From: an uncultured Gammaproteobacteria bacterium
GTDB lineage: Bacteria; Patescibacteriota; Patescibacteriia; Veblenbacterales; UBA10138
NCBI GenBank assembly: GCA_964453605.1
Contig: CAYVOI010000001.1
Location: 241,627 to 305,626 of the forward strand
Length of the DNA: 64,000 nt
Direction: 5' to 3'
The position numbers and the translations under genes were made by a program. Of this stretch, positions 9,979 through 19,528 are shown in pieces. Within the stretch, counting starts at the first letter, position 1. Each line of letters begins with the position of its first letter. Below the pieces are notes generated by a model, which saw nothing but the letters and a program-made list of their open reading frames with translations, was not told where the DNA came from and did no database searches.

Positions 9979-10875
9979 TTACCGGTTGCTTTCCATGGCC
10001 CGAAGGGCTGTAACTCGTTCGGCAGTTGGTGGATGAGTGGAGAACAGCCTGCTGACAAAACCAGGTTCTGCACCAAACGGCGAGGAGAAGTACAGGTGAG
10101 CTGTAGCCTCAGAAAGTCTGGTAACTGGCGTGCCGTCAGCTTGTATTTTTTCTAAGGCCCGAGCTAGGCCTTCGGGGTAGCGCGTGAGGAGCGCGCCCGA
10201 AGCGTCGGCTAGGAACTCACGCCGCCGCGAGATGGCTAACTTTATCAGGTTGGCAATGAGGGGTGAAAGTAGGATGAGCACAAAACCCACAATCATAAGA
10301 ATGCCCCCGGCGTTGCCCTCGCGGTCCCGGTTGCCGCCTAAGAATCGGCCTGAGCGCATAAAGAGGTTAGAGAGTATGCTCACCAGCCCAACGAGCACAA
10401 TAACCAGTGTGCCGAGGCGAGTGTCGTAGTTTTTAATGTGGCTGAGTTCGTGTGCAATTACCCCTTCCAGTTCTTCATTCTCTAGTTTCGCGACTATGCC
10501 CTCGGTGAGCGCGATAGAGGCGTGCTCAGGGTTGCGGCCGCAGGCAAAGGCGTTCATAGCCTGGTCGGGTATCAGGTACACCTTGGGCATGGGGATGCCT
10601 TCCGCAATGCAGAGGTTTTCCACCAGCCGCCAGACATAGGGGTTTTCGGATTCAGCAGTGATGGGTACCGCACCCGACAGCCCGAGGGCTATACGGTCGC
10701 CCTGGTAGTAGCTCACCAGTGCCATCACCGTGGCCAGCACGGCAGCGAAGGTAATGGTGCCTACGTAATCACCGTTCCACGCGCCCCAGACGTAGCCCAG
10801 GGCCACAATCAAGCCAAAGAAAATAACTACCAAGAACCAGCTCTTGCGTTTGTTGGCAGCAATTTGGTTGTACAT
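9979..10875 (-). CDS. htpX: M48 zinc metalloprotease HtpX
   Basis: NAFA, HELSH, SRRREFLAD, STHP; adjacent to lemA. Confidence 0.92.
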   Translation of the reverse strand: MYNQIAANKRKSWFLVVIFFGLIVALGYVWGAWNGDYVGTITFAAVLATVMALVSYYQGDRIALGLSGAVPITAESENPYVWRLVENLCIAEGIPMPKVYLIPDQAMNAFACGRNPEHASIALTEGIVAKLENEELEGVIAHELSHIKNYDTRLGTLVIVLVGLVSILSNLFMRSGRFLGGNRDREGNAGGILMIVGFVLILLSPLIANLIKLAISRRREFLADASGALLTRYPEGLARALEKIQADGTPVTRLSEATAHLYFSSPFGAEPGFVSRLFSTHPPTAERVTALRAMESNR

Positions 10876-10921
10876 AGTTTTTCACTTATGCGAGTGGCCA
10901 AGACCACGCGCTAGCGACTAG

Positions 10922-11476
10922 CTAGAAGCTCACCTTCACTGGCTGCCGCTCAGCGTCACTGTCCACCCCAAAGAACTCACGCTTCTGAAAGCCGAACGAG
11001 TTGCCGATGATGTTGGAGGGGAACGTTTCCAGCGCCGTGTTGAGGTCCCTGACCATACCATTGTAGAATCGGCGGGCGGCTTGGATTTTGTTCTCCGTGT
11101 CGGTAAGGTCGTCCTGGAGTTTGCCAAAGTTAGCTGAAGCCTTAAGGTCGGGGTAGGCCTCGGCCACAGCGAAGAGGCTCTTCAGCGCACCCGAGAGCAT
11201 GTTCTCAGCTTGAGCCTTATCGTTCATGCTTTGCGCACCCATGGCGCGAGTTCGAGCTTCGGTTATGTCGTTAAACACTTTGCTCTCGTGCGTGGCGTAC
11301 CCTTTTACCGTTTCCACCAAGTTTGGTATCAGGTCGTAGCGGCGCTTGAGCTGCACGTCGATGTCGCTCCAACCTTCGGCCGAGCGGTTTTTGAGCGAGA
11401 CCAAACGGTTGTAGGTAGCAATGGCCCAAATGATAACCAGAACTACAATGGCGATAACAATAGTGGTTGGTGACAT
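10922..11476 (-). CDS. lemA: LemA family protein
   Basis: DVQLKRRYDLIPNLVETVKGY, AEAYPDLKA. Confidence 0.95.
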   Translation of the reverse strand: MSPTTIVIAIVVLVIIWAIATYNRLVSLKNRSAEGWSDIDVQLKRRYDLIPNLVETVKGYATHESKVFNDITEARTRAMGAQSMNDKAQAENMLSGALKSLFAVAEAYPDLKASANFGKLQDDLTDTENKIQAARRFYNGMVRDLNTALETFPSNIIGNSFGFQKREFFGVDSDAERQPVKVSF

Positions 11477-11641
11477 AAGTTTACGGTAAAGGTTTAGTGA
11501 CGCTTTTGGTGTTCCAGCGTCAAGAACCAACTTTAGCATTTCTAGGTGAAAAATCAAGCAGGTTTTGTTCGTTGTATGTAGTGGTGGCGGTTTATTTTAG
11601 CTTGTTTTAGCTGAAATTTAAGGCCTATAAGCGGCTATCCC

Positions 11642-11670
11642 TTGACAAATTACTTAGGCTGCGCTATAGT
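11642..11670 (+). promoter_or_regulatory. Sigma70-type promoter
   Basis: TTGACA-17 nt-TATAGT. Confidence 0.7.
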
Positions 11671-12001
11671 AATCAGTTACTGCAAAACTGCGCAGTAGCA
11701 CCAGGAGCAGCCGAAAATCGGCTGACCAGATGGAAAACCCTTACGGAAAACAAACAAGGAGAGTGCCCTAATGGCCTCGTACCCAACTGGTTTCATCTAG
11801 TTTAACAACCCATCGTCGTTCTTCCCGTCGATCATACTAGTCGAACAGTCAAACAACCAACGCCGGAACGCGATGAAAAAATTTCCCAACGGGTTTACGT
11901 AGCGTATGCGCTACATAGGGGGACATCGACAACTTGTCCCCCACGCGCCTAAGTTCATCTGAGTCTCATGTAAGAAGGTGACTTTAGGGGTGTTCATTAC
12001 C

Positions 12002-12237
12002 AATGGTTGCTCCGCAACCGCCCCGATGACCGTCGGGGTGAGAGCGAAGCTCTCAGTTGTCTCTACTACCCTGGGAGGGGAGAACCCTGAAGTAGGCTTT
12101 CAGCCACTTCAGGGCAAGGGGATATGCTAAGGCCAGAGCCGGTTTACACTGGCTCTAACCGGAGGTATATTCCTGGCACGCTGGCCTTCGGGCTTAAGGC
12201 GAGCCATTCTCCTACAGGGTTGTAGTGACAATTAATT
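12002..12237 (+). ncRNA. Structured RNA motif, copy 1 (unidentified)
   Basis: Multiple hairpins; colinear and covarying with 38234-38479. Confidence 0.65.
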
Positions 12238-12266
12238 CAAGTACCAAAATAAAAAATGGAGGGTGT

Positions 12267-12446
12267 ATGGAAACAACAAAAATTGTCGTTACGCGACGCA
12301 GTGCTGATTACCACGCGTGCATCAAAGGTCACCCGGAAATTTGGGGTTGTGGGGCATCAATTGCCGAGGCAGTTGGCAATTTGGTTCAAACGCACAGAAC
12401 CGAGTTCAATCTCGAATTTGAGGCTGACATGCCCGATCCCGTGTGA
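12267..12446 (+). CDS. Small protein, HicB-N-terminal-like
   Basis: GGAGG upstream; YHA...HPEIWGCGASIAEAVGNL pattern. Confidence 0.55.
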   Translation: METTKIVVTRRSADYHACIKGHPEIWGCGASIAEAVGNLVQTHRTEFNLEFEADMPDPV

Positions 12447-12529
12447 ATTTTCTGTTGACTGTTAGTTGGAACGCCGTATGGTTTCGCCCAGCGGCTTTTC
12501 TTTTTTACTCATTCTGCTAGGCTCTAACT

Positions 12530-13634
12530 ATGCAAGAAGCTGAGCTTGTTCGTAACCTTCGCGCGCTGAAGACCAGAGTCGAGGATGCGCGGAACTGGCT
12601 TTGACCCAGAAAGGGTAAGGGCCAGGTTGGCCGCGCTCGAGGCTGAGATGTCAGCCCCTGAGTTCTGGGCTGATCAGAACCGAGCTAGAGCCGTAACCGC
12701 TGAGCACGACGGCGCTAAAACTGAGCTTGAAGCCTGGGAGAAGTTGCAGCGGGAAGTTGGTGATGCTCTAGAGCTTGCGAGTGCTGACCAAGCTGACCAA
12801 TCGGTTTCTCTCCGTGATGATTTAGAAAAAGTGTACGGCGCTCTACTCAAGCGAGTAGAGGCTTTTGAGTTTAAAAAGTTGCTCGGGCAAAAGTACGACG
12901 AGGCCAATGTGCTACTCGCTGTACACGCTGGCGCTGGCGGCACTGACGCGCAAGACTGGGCTGAGATGCTCCGGCGCATGTACCTCCGGTACGCTGACCA
13001 AATGGACTGGCACGCTGAAGTGGTGGACGAGTCGCGAGGTGGTGAGGCGGGCATCAAGAGCTCTCTCCTCAAAATTACTGGTCGTTATGCTTATGGATAT
13101 TTAAAATGCGAAGCCGGTGTGCACCGCCTGGTGCGCATTTCCCCGTTCGACGCTGAGAAAATGCGCCACACCTCATTCGCGCTCGTGGAGGTGCTGCCTG
13201 AGCTGCCAGAGGTGGGCGAGGTGGAGCTGGACCTTAAAGATTTGCGTATTGATACGTTCATGTCCTCAGGGCACGGCGGGCAAAGCGTAAACACCACGTA
13301 CTCAGCGGTACGCATTGTCCACATTCCAACTGGCATCACGGTCACCTGCCAGAATGAACGTTCACAAATGCAGAACAAAGAAACCGCCATGAAGTACCTG
13401 CGGGCCAAGCTGTGGCAGCTCGAGTGGGGTAAGCAGCAAGCTGAAAAGCAAAAACTCAGGGGAGAGTTCAAGAGTGCGGAGTGGGGGAACCAGGCTCGGT
13501 CGTACGTTTTGCACCCTTACAAGTTGGTGAAAGACCACCGCACCGAGTTTGAAACCACCAACCCTGATGTTGTACTCAACGGTGAGCTTACGCCGTTTAT
13601 AGAAGCCAGGCTTAAGCAGCTGGCGACCGCCTAA
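12530..13634 (+). CDS. prfB: Peptide chain release factor 2, +1 programmed frameshift at CTT TGA C (12599-12605)
   Basis: 24-codon ORF from ATG 12530 ending CTT TGA; +1 frame continues with SPF and GGQ motifs. Confidence 0.95.
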
Positions 13635-13643
13635 GCTAAACCT

Positions 13644-15077
13644 ATGGGTGAAGTTGTTATTCCACGAGTACCTTCTCTTCACCCAGCACAAACGTTCCGC
13701 TGGGTTACCTTAGGGTTGGTAGCCGGTTTTGCCGCTAGTGTGGTTGTACGTTTGCCTTGGCAGATGTGTGTGCTGGCAGTGGCCTTGGTAGTTACATTTA
13801 TTTTGCTGCAGCGACAGCTGAGAGCGGTGGGGTTGCTGACGCTTGGATGTTTGTTGGCGTTGCTCAGGACAAGTTTTCTGACCTCCCCACCCCCACCGTC
13901 GTTTTTCGTTGGACCGCAGCAGTTTGAAGCTAAAATTGTAGAGGAGCCTAAAGTTTCTGAGCGTTCACGGCGCTACGTAGTGCAGCCTGAAGCGTCAGCC
14001 GTGGGGCAGGTGGTGCTCGTTACTTTGCCGTACCCAGGCTATCGCTATGGCGACCGCCTCAGAGTGAGTTGTAAAAACGTGGAGGTGGTTGACTTTGCTG
14101 GCTACACTAATCAAGGCGTGTGGCGGCAGTGTACGTTTCCAGATTTGGAGCTAGTAGCTAGGTCAGGGTGGAGTTTGCGGGGTTCGCTACTCGAGCTTAA
14201 GTACGGAGTTGGTGCTTACATGCAGAACTTGCTCAATGAACCGTACGCGGCGCTGGCTGCGGGCATGCTCTGGGGCGACTACAGTAAACTACCTCAGTCT
14301 ACCATCGACGCCTTTCGCCGGACTGGCACCTCACACCTCCTGGCCGTGTCTGGGTACAACGTCATGGTGCTGTCGGAAATTCTGTTCACCGTGCTTATTG
14401 CGGTAGGCCTTTGGCGCAAGCAGGCGAGCTGGGTAGTGGTTGGTGTGCTGATTTTGTTTACCTTGTTCACTGGCGCTGAGGCGTCAGTAGTTAGGGCAGC
14501 TATTATGGCGTCGCTTCTCATTGCCGCGCGTCTCTTGGCCCGCAAACCTGACCGAGTGAATGTGCTTCTTGGCACCGCCGCCGCCATGTTGCTCTTTGGC
14601 CCGCGGCTGGTGCTTGACCTAGGCTTTCAGCTCAGCTTTGGCGCCATGGCCGGGTTGATGTTTGTGGCGCCGGTGTTTGAGCAGCAGTTCAGTTTACTGC
14701 CAGAAGTTTGGGGCCTCAGGCAGTCGGTAGCCCAGACCATGGCCGCGACAGTTGTAACACTGCCTATTATTCTCGTGCGGCTAGACCAACTCAGCCTGGT
14801 GAGTCCGTTTGCTAACGTGCTGCTCGGGCCGGTGGTTGTTCTGGTGTTTGCCCTTGGCTTACCCCTTTTGGTGCTCGGGATGGTGCAGTGGCTGGCAGCG
14901 CCGTTAGCTTGGGCGCTCACTGCCGTGCTCTACTACGTTATTACAGTGGTAGAGTCGCTCGCCAGTTTGCCCTGGGCCTGGACGCAGGGTAGTGCTGTGG
15001 CTTGGATAGCGGTAGTAATGCTGTATGCTGTAGGCGCCTGGTGGCTCTGGCCGCGACCTGAGGGTGCCAAGAAGTAG
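13644..15077 (+). CDS. comEC: ComEC/Rec2 competence membrane protein
   Basis: GTSHLLAVSGYN, SVVRA, GFQLSF. Confidence 0.92.
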   Translation: MGEVVIPRVPSLHPAQTFRWVTLGLVAGFAASVVVRLPWQMCVLAVALVVTFILLQRQLRAVGLLTLGCLLALLRTSFLTSPPPPSFFVGPQQFEAKIVEEPKVSERSRRYVVQPEASAVGQVVLVTLPYPGYRYGDRLRVSCKNVEVVDFAGYTNQGVWRQCTFPDLELVARSGWSLRGSLLELKYGVGAYMQNLLNEPYAALAAGMLWGDYSKLPQSTIDAFRRTGTSHLLAVSGYNVMVLSEILFTVLIAVGLWRKQASWVVVGVLILFTLFTGAEASVVRAAIMASLLIAARLLARKPDRVNVLLGTAAAMLLFGPRLVLDLGFQLSFGAMAGLMFVAPVFEQQFSLLPEVWGLRQSVAQTMAATVVTLPIILVRLDQLSLVSPFANVLLGPVVVLVFALGLPLLVLGMVQWLAAPLAWALTAVLYYVITVVESLASLPWAWTQGSAVAWIAVVMLYAVGAWWLWPRPEGAKK

Positions 15078-15146
15078 ACGCCTTGTCAGCACCTTGCTTT
15101 GTGTTATTATGAGGTGGCTAATAATTTAATTTTTTCATTAGACCGT

Positions 15147-16250
15147 ATGGCTAAATCTGCTCAGAGCGAAGTGATTCATGATTTTGCCAGCTTTCCAGTT
15201 TTCAAAACCAAGGTAGAGGGTAGCCCTCGCTTTAACCTCAACGACCCGGCCGAACGTAAGAAGTACTTTGAACTCAAAATGGGTGCTGAGCTCAAGGCCA
15301 TGAAGCAGTACCTCGACGATGGTAAAACGTTCGTGGCCCTGCTCTTAGGGAAAAAGAACTCGGGCAAGGGTACCTACTCCAAGTTGTTCATGGAAGCAGT
15401 GGGGAGCGACAGGATTGGTCACATTTCTATTGGTGACATTGTCCGCGATGCTCATGCTATGGCGCAAACTGAGGCCGGCCAAGCTGAACTAGTTGAATTT
15501 TTGCGTAAAAACTACCGCGGGTTTCACTCACCAGAGGAAACCATTGACCTTATCTTGGGCAGGAACCAGTCCTCGCTCATTTCCTCAGAGCTCATTGTTG
15601 GCCTTATTAAGTACGAAATTTCCAAGCGGCCTCGGCAGGCCCTGTTCATCGATGGTTTCCCCCGTGCCCTGGACCAAATGAGCTACGCCATGTACCTCAA
15701 AGAGATAATTGGCTATCGTGCCGACCCCGACCTGTTGGTATTCATTAGCCTCCCGAGTTCGGTTATCAACGAGCGCATTAAATACCGCGTCATCTGTCCC
15801 ATCTGTAAAACACCTCGGAATCTGAAGCTCATGGCCACGCGCCAGGCTGGGTATGATGAGGCTACCAAGCAGTTCTATCTTATGTGTGATAACCCCAGCT
15901 GTAATGGCGCGCGTATGGTACCAAAAGAGGGTGATGAGTTGGGTATAGAGCCTATTCGGGAGCGGTTAGAGCTCGATGATAAGATCATGCGCCACCTTCT
16001 GAAGCTCCACGGTATTCCTAAGGTGTACCTCAGGAACGCTATTCCGGTGGACGAGGCAGCTGATAAGGTTGATGACTACGAAATCACCCCCGGCTACAGC
16101 TATGAACAAGCATCTGATGGCTCAGTAAAGATTAACGAGTCACGCTGGGTGATTAAAGATGACGAGGGGCGGGACAGCTATAGCTTGCTACCCCCGCCGA
16201 TTGTGGTAGCACTGGTGAAGCAGATGACCAAGGCACTTGGTCTAAGGTAG
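15147..16250 (+). CDS. Adenylate-kinase-like NMP kinase (long form)
   Basis: GKKNSGKGT P-loop, HISIGDIVR, IDGFPR, CPIC...CDNPSC lid. Confidence 0.8.
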   Translation: MAKSAQSEVIHDFASFPVFKTKVEGSPRFNLNDPAERKKYFELKMGAELKAMKQYLDDGKTFVALLLGKKNSGKGTYSKLFMEAVGSDRIGHISIGDIVRDAHAMAQTEAGQAELVEFLRKNYRGFHSPEETIDLILGRNQSSLISSELIVGLIKYEISKRPRQALFIDGFPRALDQMSYAMYLKEIIGYRADPDLLVFISLPSSVINERIKYRVICPICKTPRNLKLMATRQAGYDEATKQFYLMCDNPSCNGARMVPKEGDELGIEPIRERLELDDKIMRHLLKLHGIPKVYLRNAIPVDEAADKVDDYEITPGYSYEQASDGSVKINESRWVIKDDEGRDSYSLLPPPIVVALVKQMTKALGLR

Positions 16251-16256
16251 TTTTAT

Positions 16257-16709
16257 ATGGCGACAGATGAGAAGAAGCGCGTAGGGGCAGGCTTTGGTGT
16301 TATCCTAGAACGCGACGGCAAAATTCTTTTAGGTCTGCGGCACCCCGACCCCGACAAGGCTGATTCAGCTTTCCGTAGCGCCGGCGAGTGGTGGTTGCCC
16401 GGCGGGAAGTTGGAATGGGGAGAAAGTTTTGAGGCCGGTGCGGCCCGCGAGGTCAAAGAAGAAACTAGCATTACCATCGAAAACCCTAAGGTTATCTCGG
16501 TTCACAATTGTAAGAACGAGCACGCCCACTTTATGACCGTTGGGCTCGTGACTCATACGTGGCAGGGAGAAGCCCGGGTAATGGAACCAGATGAAATAGT
16601 GCAGTGGGAATGGTTTGGCCTCAACAGCTTGCCTCAGCCCAGGTATTTTCCTAGTTTTGAGGTCATAGAAAATTACGTACAAGGTAAATTCTATATATCG
16701 AGGCCATAA
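16257..16709 (+). CDS. NUDIX hydrolase
   Basis: GGKLEWGESFEAGAAREVKEET Nudix box. Confidence 0.92.
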   Translation: MATDEKKRVGAGFGVILERDGKILLGLRHPDPDKADSAFRSAGEWWLPGGKLEWGESFEAGAAREVKEETSITIENPKVISVHNCKNEHAHFMTVGLVTHTWQGEARVMEPDEIVQWEWFGLNSLPQPRYFPSFEVIENYVQGKFYISRP

Positions 16710-16823
16710 GTAGCCCTCGTTAACCCACAGCACCTATCAGCTACAAGCGTGCCGAGAAGACATGGTGTTCTAGTGTGAAACGTGCTACACTATAGCTACC
16801 TTAGCAGTTAACGTTTATGTACT

Positions 16824-17174
16824 ATGGGTAAAGAGTATAGCCGAGAAATGTATGAGCAGGCCGAGGGCAAAGTTCATAGCCTGGAAGAGAGGGGCCAGCA
16901 GCTAGCTGCGGAAATTCAGCGGGATATAGAGGAACATGGCGTACGAGGCTACTTGAAGCATGCCATGAACTTAAACATTCTGCGAACTAATCTTGAAGTT
17001 GGGCAAATCTACCAAGCGGAGGCCAAACGTGCTCAAGTTCTTGAAGCGGGGGAGGCTGAAGCGGTAGAGCTTAATAATGAGCACGCCCGGCTCCAGCAGA
17101 AGGTAGCTGAGGCTCTAGGCCAGTTGGCACAGTTTGAAAAAGATAAGCTGGGCATGCACGTCGAAGAGACATGA
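16824..17174 (+). CDS. Hypothetical coiled-coil protein
   Basis: 116-aa ORF, E/Q/A-rich. Confidence 0.6.
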   Translation: MGKEYSREMYEQAEGKVHSLEERGQQLAAEIQRDIEEHGVRGYLKHAMNLNILRTNLEVGQIYQAEAKRAQVLEAGEAEAVELNNEHARLQQKVAEALGQLAQFEKDKLGMHVEET

Positions 17175-17233
17175 TGGTTTAAACTATGGTGTGGTTCAAC
17201 GTGCCCCTGCGGGGGCACGTTTTGGTTTACCGT

Positions 17234-17261
17234 TTGACAGCCCGAGTAGTTGTGCTACTAT
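17234..17261 (+). promoter_or_regulatory. Sigma70-type promoter
   Basis: TTGACA-16 nt-TACTAT with extended TG. Confidence 0.55.
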
Positions 17262-17605
17262 ACCCCAATACCTTATAGGTTTATGGCTAACTTCAGCCAC
17301 AAGTCGGTCCGCACTACCCAGGTTGTTTGCTTTAGCCTGGTGCTTTGCCTGTGCCTGGAGCGGCTTGGAACTATGAGGTAGATTTCGAAAGCAAAACCCT
17401 CACGCAAATTCCTGAGCCGCCCCTTACCGGAGCGGCTCACGTGTTGTAACAGCGCTTTTTAACAACTAAATCATCAACTCAATCAGGCTACTGTTAGAGA
17501 AAGGAGGAGCACGAAGGGCACTACATGCCCAAACGAGCCAACCCAGCTATTCACTACATCACCACCAACGCTGAGTGGCAGAGCCACTCAAGAAAGGAGC
17601 AGTAC

Positions 17606-17881
17606 ATGCCACACCCGAACGGAGAGCTTGTGACCCAAGCGATGCCAGAGCGCACGTTAGCAGCTCCGCGCCAGCTATCAGCCCCCGGCTACACCAGTCC
17701 CCATGAAATTGGTCGCCACTGTGTTGTGAATATTGGCGGCACCGACCAAGTAGTGTGCTTCTACATGCACTGTGCTGTAACCGGAACGGTTGATAACCTG
17801 AAAAACTTTCTTTTGCAGCCCTGCCAGCGCCGTCGCGGCGACGAAGAAACGCGTGACAGCTGGGGAAACGTTCGACCTTGA
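17606..17881 (+). CDS. Hypothetical protein
   Basis: AAGGAG upstream of ATG 17606 (alternative start 17525). Confidence 0.55.
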   Translation: MPHPNGELVTQAMPERTLAAPRQLSAPGYTSPHEIGRHCVVNIGGTDQVVCFYMHCAVTGTVDNLKNFLLQPCQRRRGDEETRDSWGNVRP

Positions 17882-17892
17882 AAGGAGCCACC

Positions 17893-18084
17893 ATGAAAGC
17901 GGATAAGCACTGTGCCAGTTGTAACTTTCCTATCGACGACGCGGTTGAAACCTGTGCCTACTGCGGCCACCCGCAAGGCACCCGCCCACTCGACGTGGAG
18001 TGTCCTGACATTCCACACGAACCCAACCCGCCACCGCGGCCGCCCCACGAGAATGAGTTGCCCCGCTACGTTGGCTGCATCTGA
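17893..18084 (+). CDS. Small zinc-ribbon protein
   Basis: AAGGAG upstream; CASC...CAYC. Confidence 0.6.
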   Translation: MKADKHCASCNFPIDDAVETCAYCGHPQGTRPLDVECPDIPHEPNPPPRPPHENELPRYVGCI

Positions 18085-18132
18085 CCCGCTTCACCCCCCT
18101 ACTGTTCAACCCGAACCTAAAAGGAGTAAACA

Positions 18133-18414
18133 ATGACCACGTGCATAAGAAAGATATGCCGCACCTGCAAGCGTTCACCAACCAATCTTGAGACCAACTA
18201 CTGCCAACACTGCGAGCGGTACACCGGTTTTGTACCCGATAGGCGCGCTGAAGAGCTCTACGAAGTTTGCACCCAGTGCGCCCACCCGCGTTTTTCACGA
18301 GGTAACGGCCAGTGTACAGCAGCCCACCCGCTCGCCACCGAGTTTAGGTGGATGAACGTCTTAGAGCACCGCTCACTCCGCCAGCAGCTCGCTGAACCCG
18401 AAGTCACCGAATAG
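18133..18414 (+). CDS. Small Cys-rich (zinc-finger-like) protein
   Basis: AAGGAG upstream; CRTC, CQHC, CTQC. Confidence 0.6.
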   Translation: MTTCIRKICRTCKRSPTNLETNYCQHCERYTGFVPDRRAEELYEVCTQCAHPRFSRGNGQCTAAHPLATEFRWMNVLEHRSLRQQLAEPEVTE

Positions 18415-18469
18415 CCCAATCACCCACCACCAACCCGCGGGGTCTAGCTCCGCAGAAAGGAACTAGTAC

Positions 18470-18919
18470 ATGGAAAGCACCACCGCCCGGACGGCTGAGC
18501 TGTACCAGCTCTGGAAAGCATCATGCAATGCACTTCGGCAGTTGCGGGCCGACAAGCAGGTGCTCGCCAAGAAGCAGTGCGTGCTCAGCCAAGAGCTCAT
18601 TGCCCTTCGCTCGCGTAGCAAAGCAGAGCAGGAACTGCTCAGGGTTCGCACAGCCGAGCTCAGGCAGAGCATCGATAACCATACGGCCAGCTACCAGCAG
18701 CACATTCGTACCCACCGCCGGCTCTGCCGAACCATCGAAGCCACGCTCGGCTCGGGCACCATTGGCACCTGGGTTAGCACCCTACTCGTTCTCACCGCCC
18801 CGCAGCCTGAACCAGAGCCGTCGCCGGCTGAACAGCAAATGAAGCCAATTGTACTTTCGAAAAGTCCGGATTCTAACTACGGCCGCAGCGGCGGACTGTA
18901 CTGGGACGGCTACGCTTAA
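18470..18919 (+). CDS. Hypothetical coiled-coil protein
   Basis: AAGGA upstream; followed by terminator-like hairpin. Confidence 0.55.
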   Translation: MESTTARTAELYQLWKASCNALRQLRADKQVLAKKQCVLSQELIALRSRSKAEQELLRVRTAELRQSIDNHTASYQQHIRTHRRLCRTIEATLGSGTIGTWVSTLLVLTAPQPEPEPSPAEQQMKPIVLSKSPDSNYGRSGGLYWDGYA

Positions 18920-18947
18920 CACCAACCCATTATCACTCATTTTTTTA

Positions 18948-18980
18948 AAAAGGTTTCCACAACGTGGAAGCCTTTTATTT
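18948..18980 (+). terminator. Intrinsic terminator
   Basis: AAAAGGTTTCCAC-AAC-GTGGAAGCCTTTT + T-rich tail. Confidence 0.65.
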
Positions 18981-19203
18981 TCTTGGTTCTTTTAAACTCC
19001 ACGGTTCATCAAACATTCATGCTTGTACTGAAGTGTTCGTTGGCTCAAGGTGAGGGCAAACAAAAAACGAATCTTTATTCAAAGAAAGGAGGAAAAACCA
19101 GCGAAAAAAGGGACAAAGTTTTGTCCCTTTTTATTTTTTCGCTAAGTTCCAGCTTGTGTATAAAAAAATGGCTAACGTTAGCCACCAGATTCATTTTTCG
19201 CGA

Positions 19204-19232
19204 TTGACAAAACACTTCACTTGCGCTACACT
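19204..19232 (+). promoter_or_regulatory. Sigma70-type promoter
   Basis: TTGACA-17 nt-TACACT. Confidence 0.65.
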
Positions 19233-19251
19233 GGTAGTAGCTCTTCCACAT

Positions 19252-19454
19252 GCTTGATACCAATTGAGCTCTATACATATATGCCATGGGGTTCGCATAG
19301 CTAACGCCTCCGGGCGACAGCTGAGAACGCCACGCGGCAGTGTGGTAGGGGAGTAACGGGACGTTTGATGGGAGTGAGGAACACGCTCTCATCCGCACCC
19401 AGCTTCCCTAAGCCCAGCCCAACTGGAGTCTAGGAACTCCAATTCGTATCAAGC
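19252..19454 (+). ncRNA. Candidate ~200-nt structured ncRNA
   Basis: Closing stem GCTTGATAC/GTATCAAGC between a promoter and a terminator-like hairpin; no credible ORF. Confidence 0.45.
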
Positions 19455-19528
19455 CCTGGTAGGGCTTTTAATTTTGCCCAAATATTGCTACAGTGCCAGA
19501 GCTCAATACCCGTATTGAGCACTCTGGT

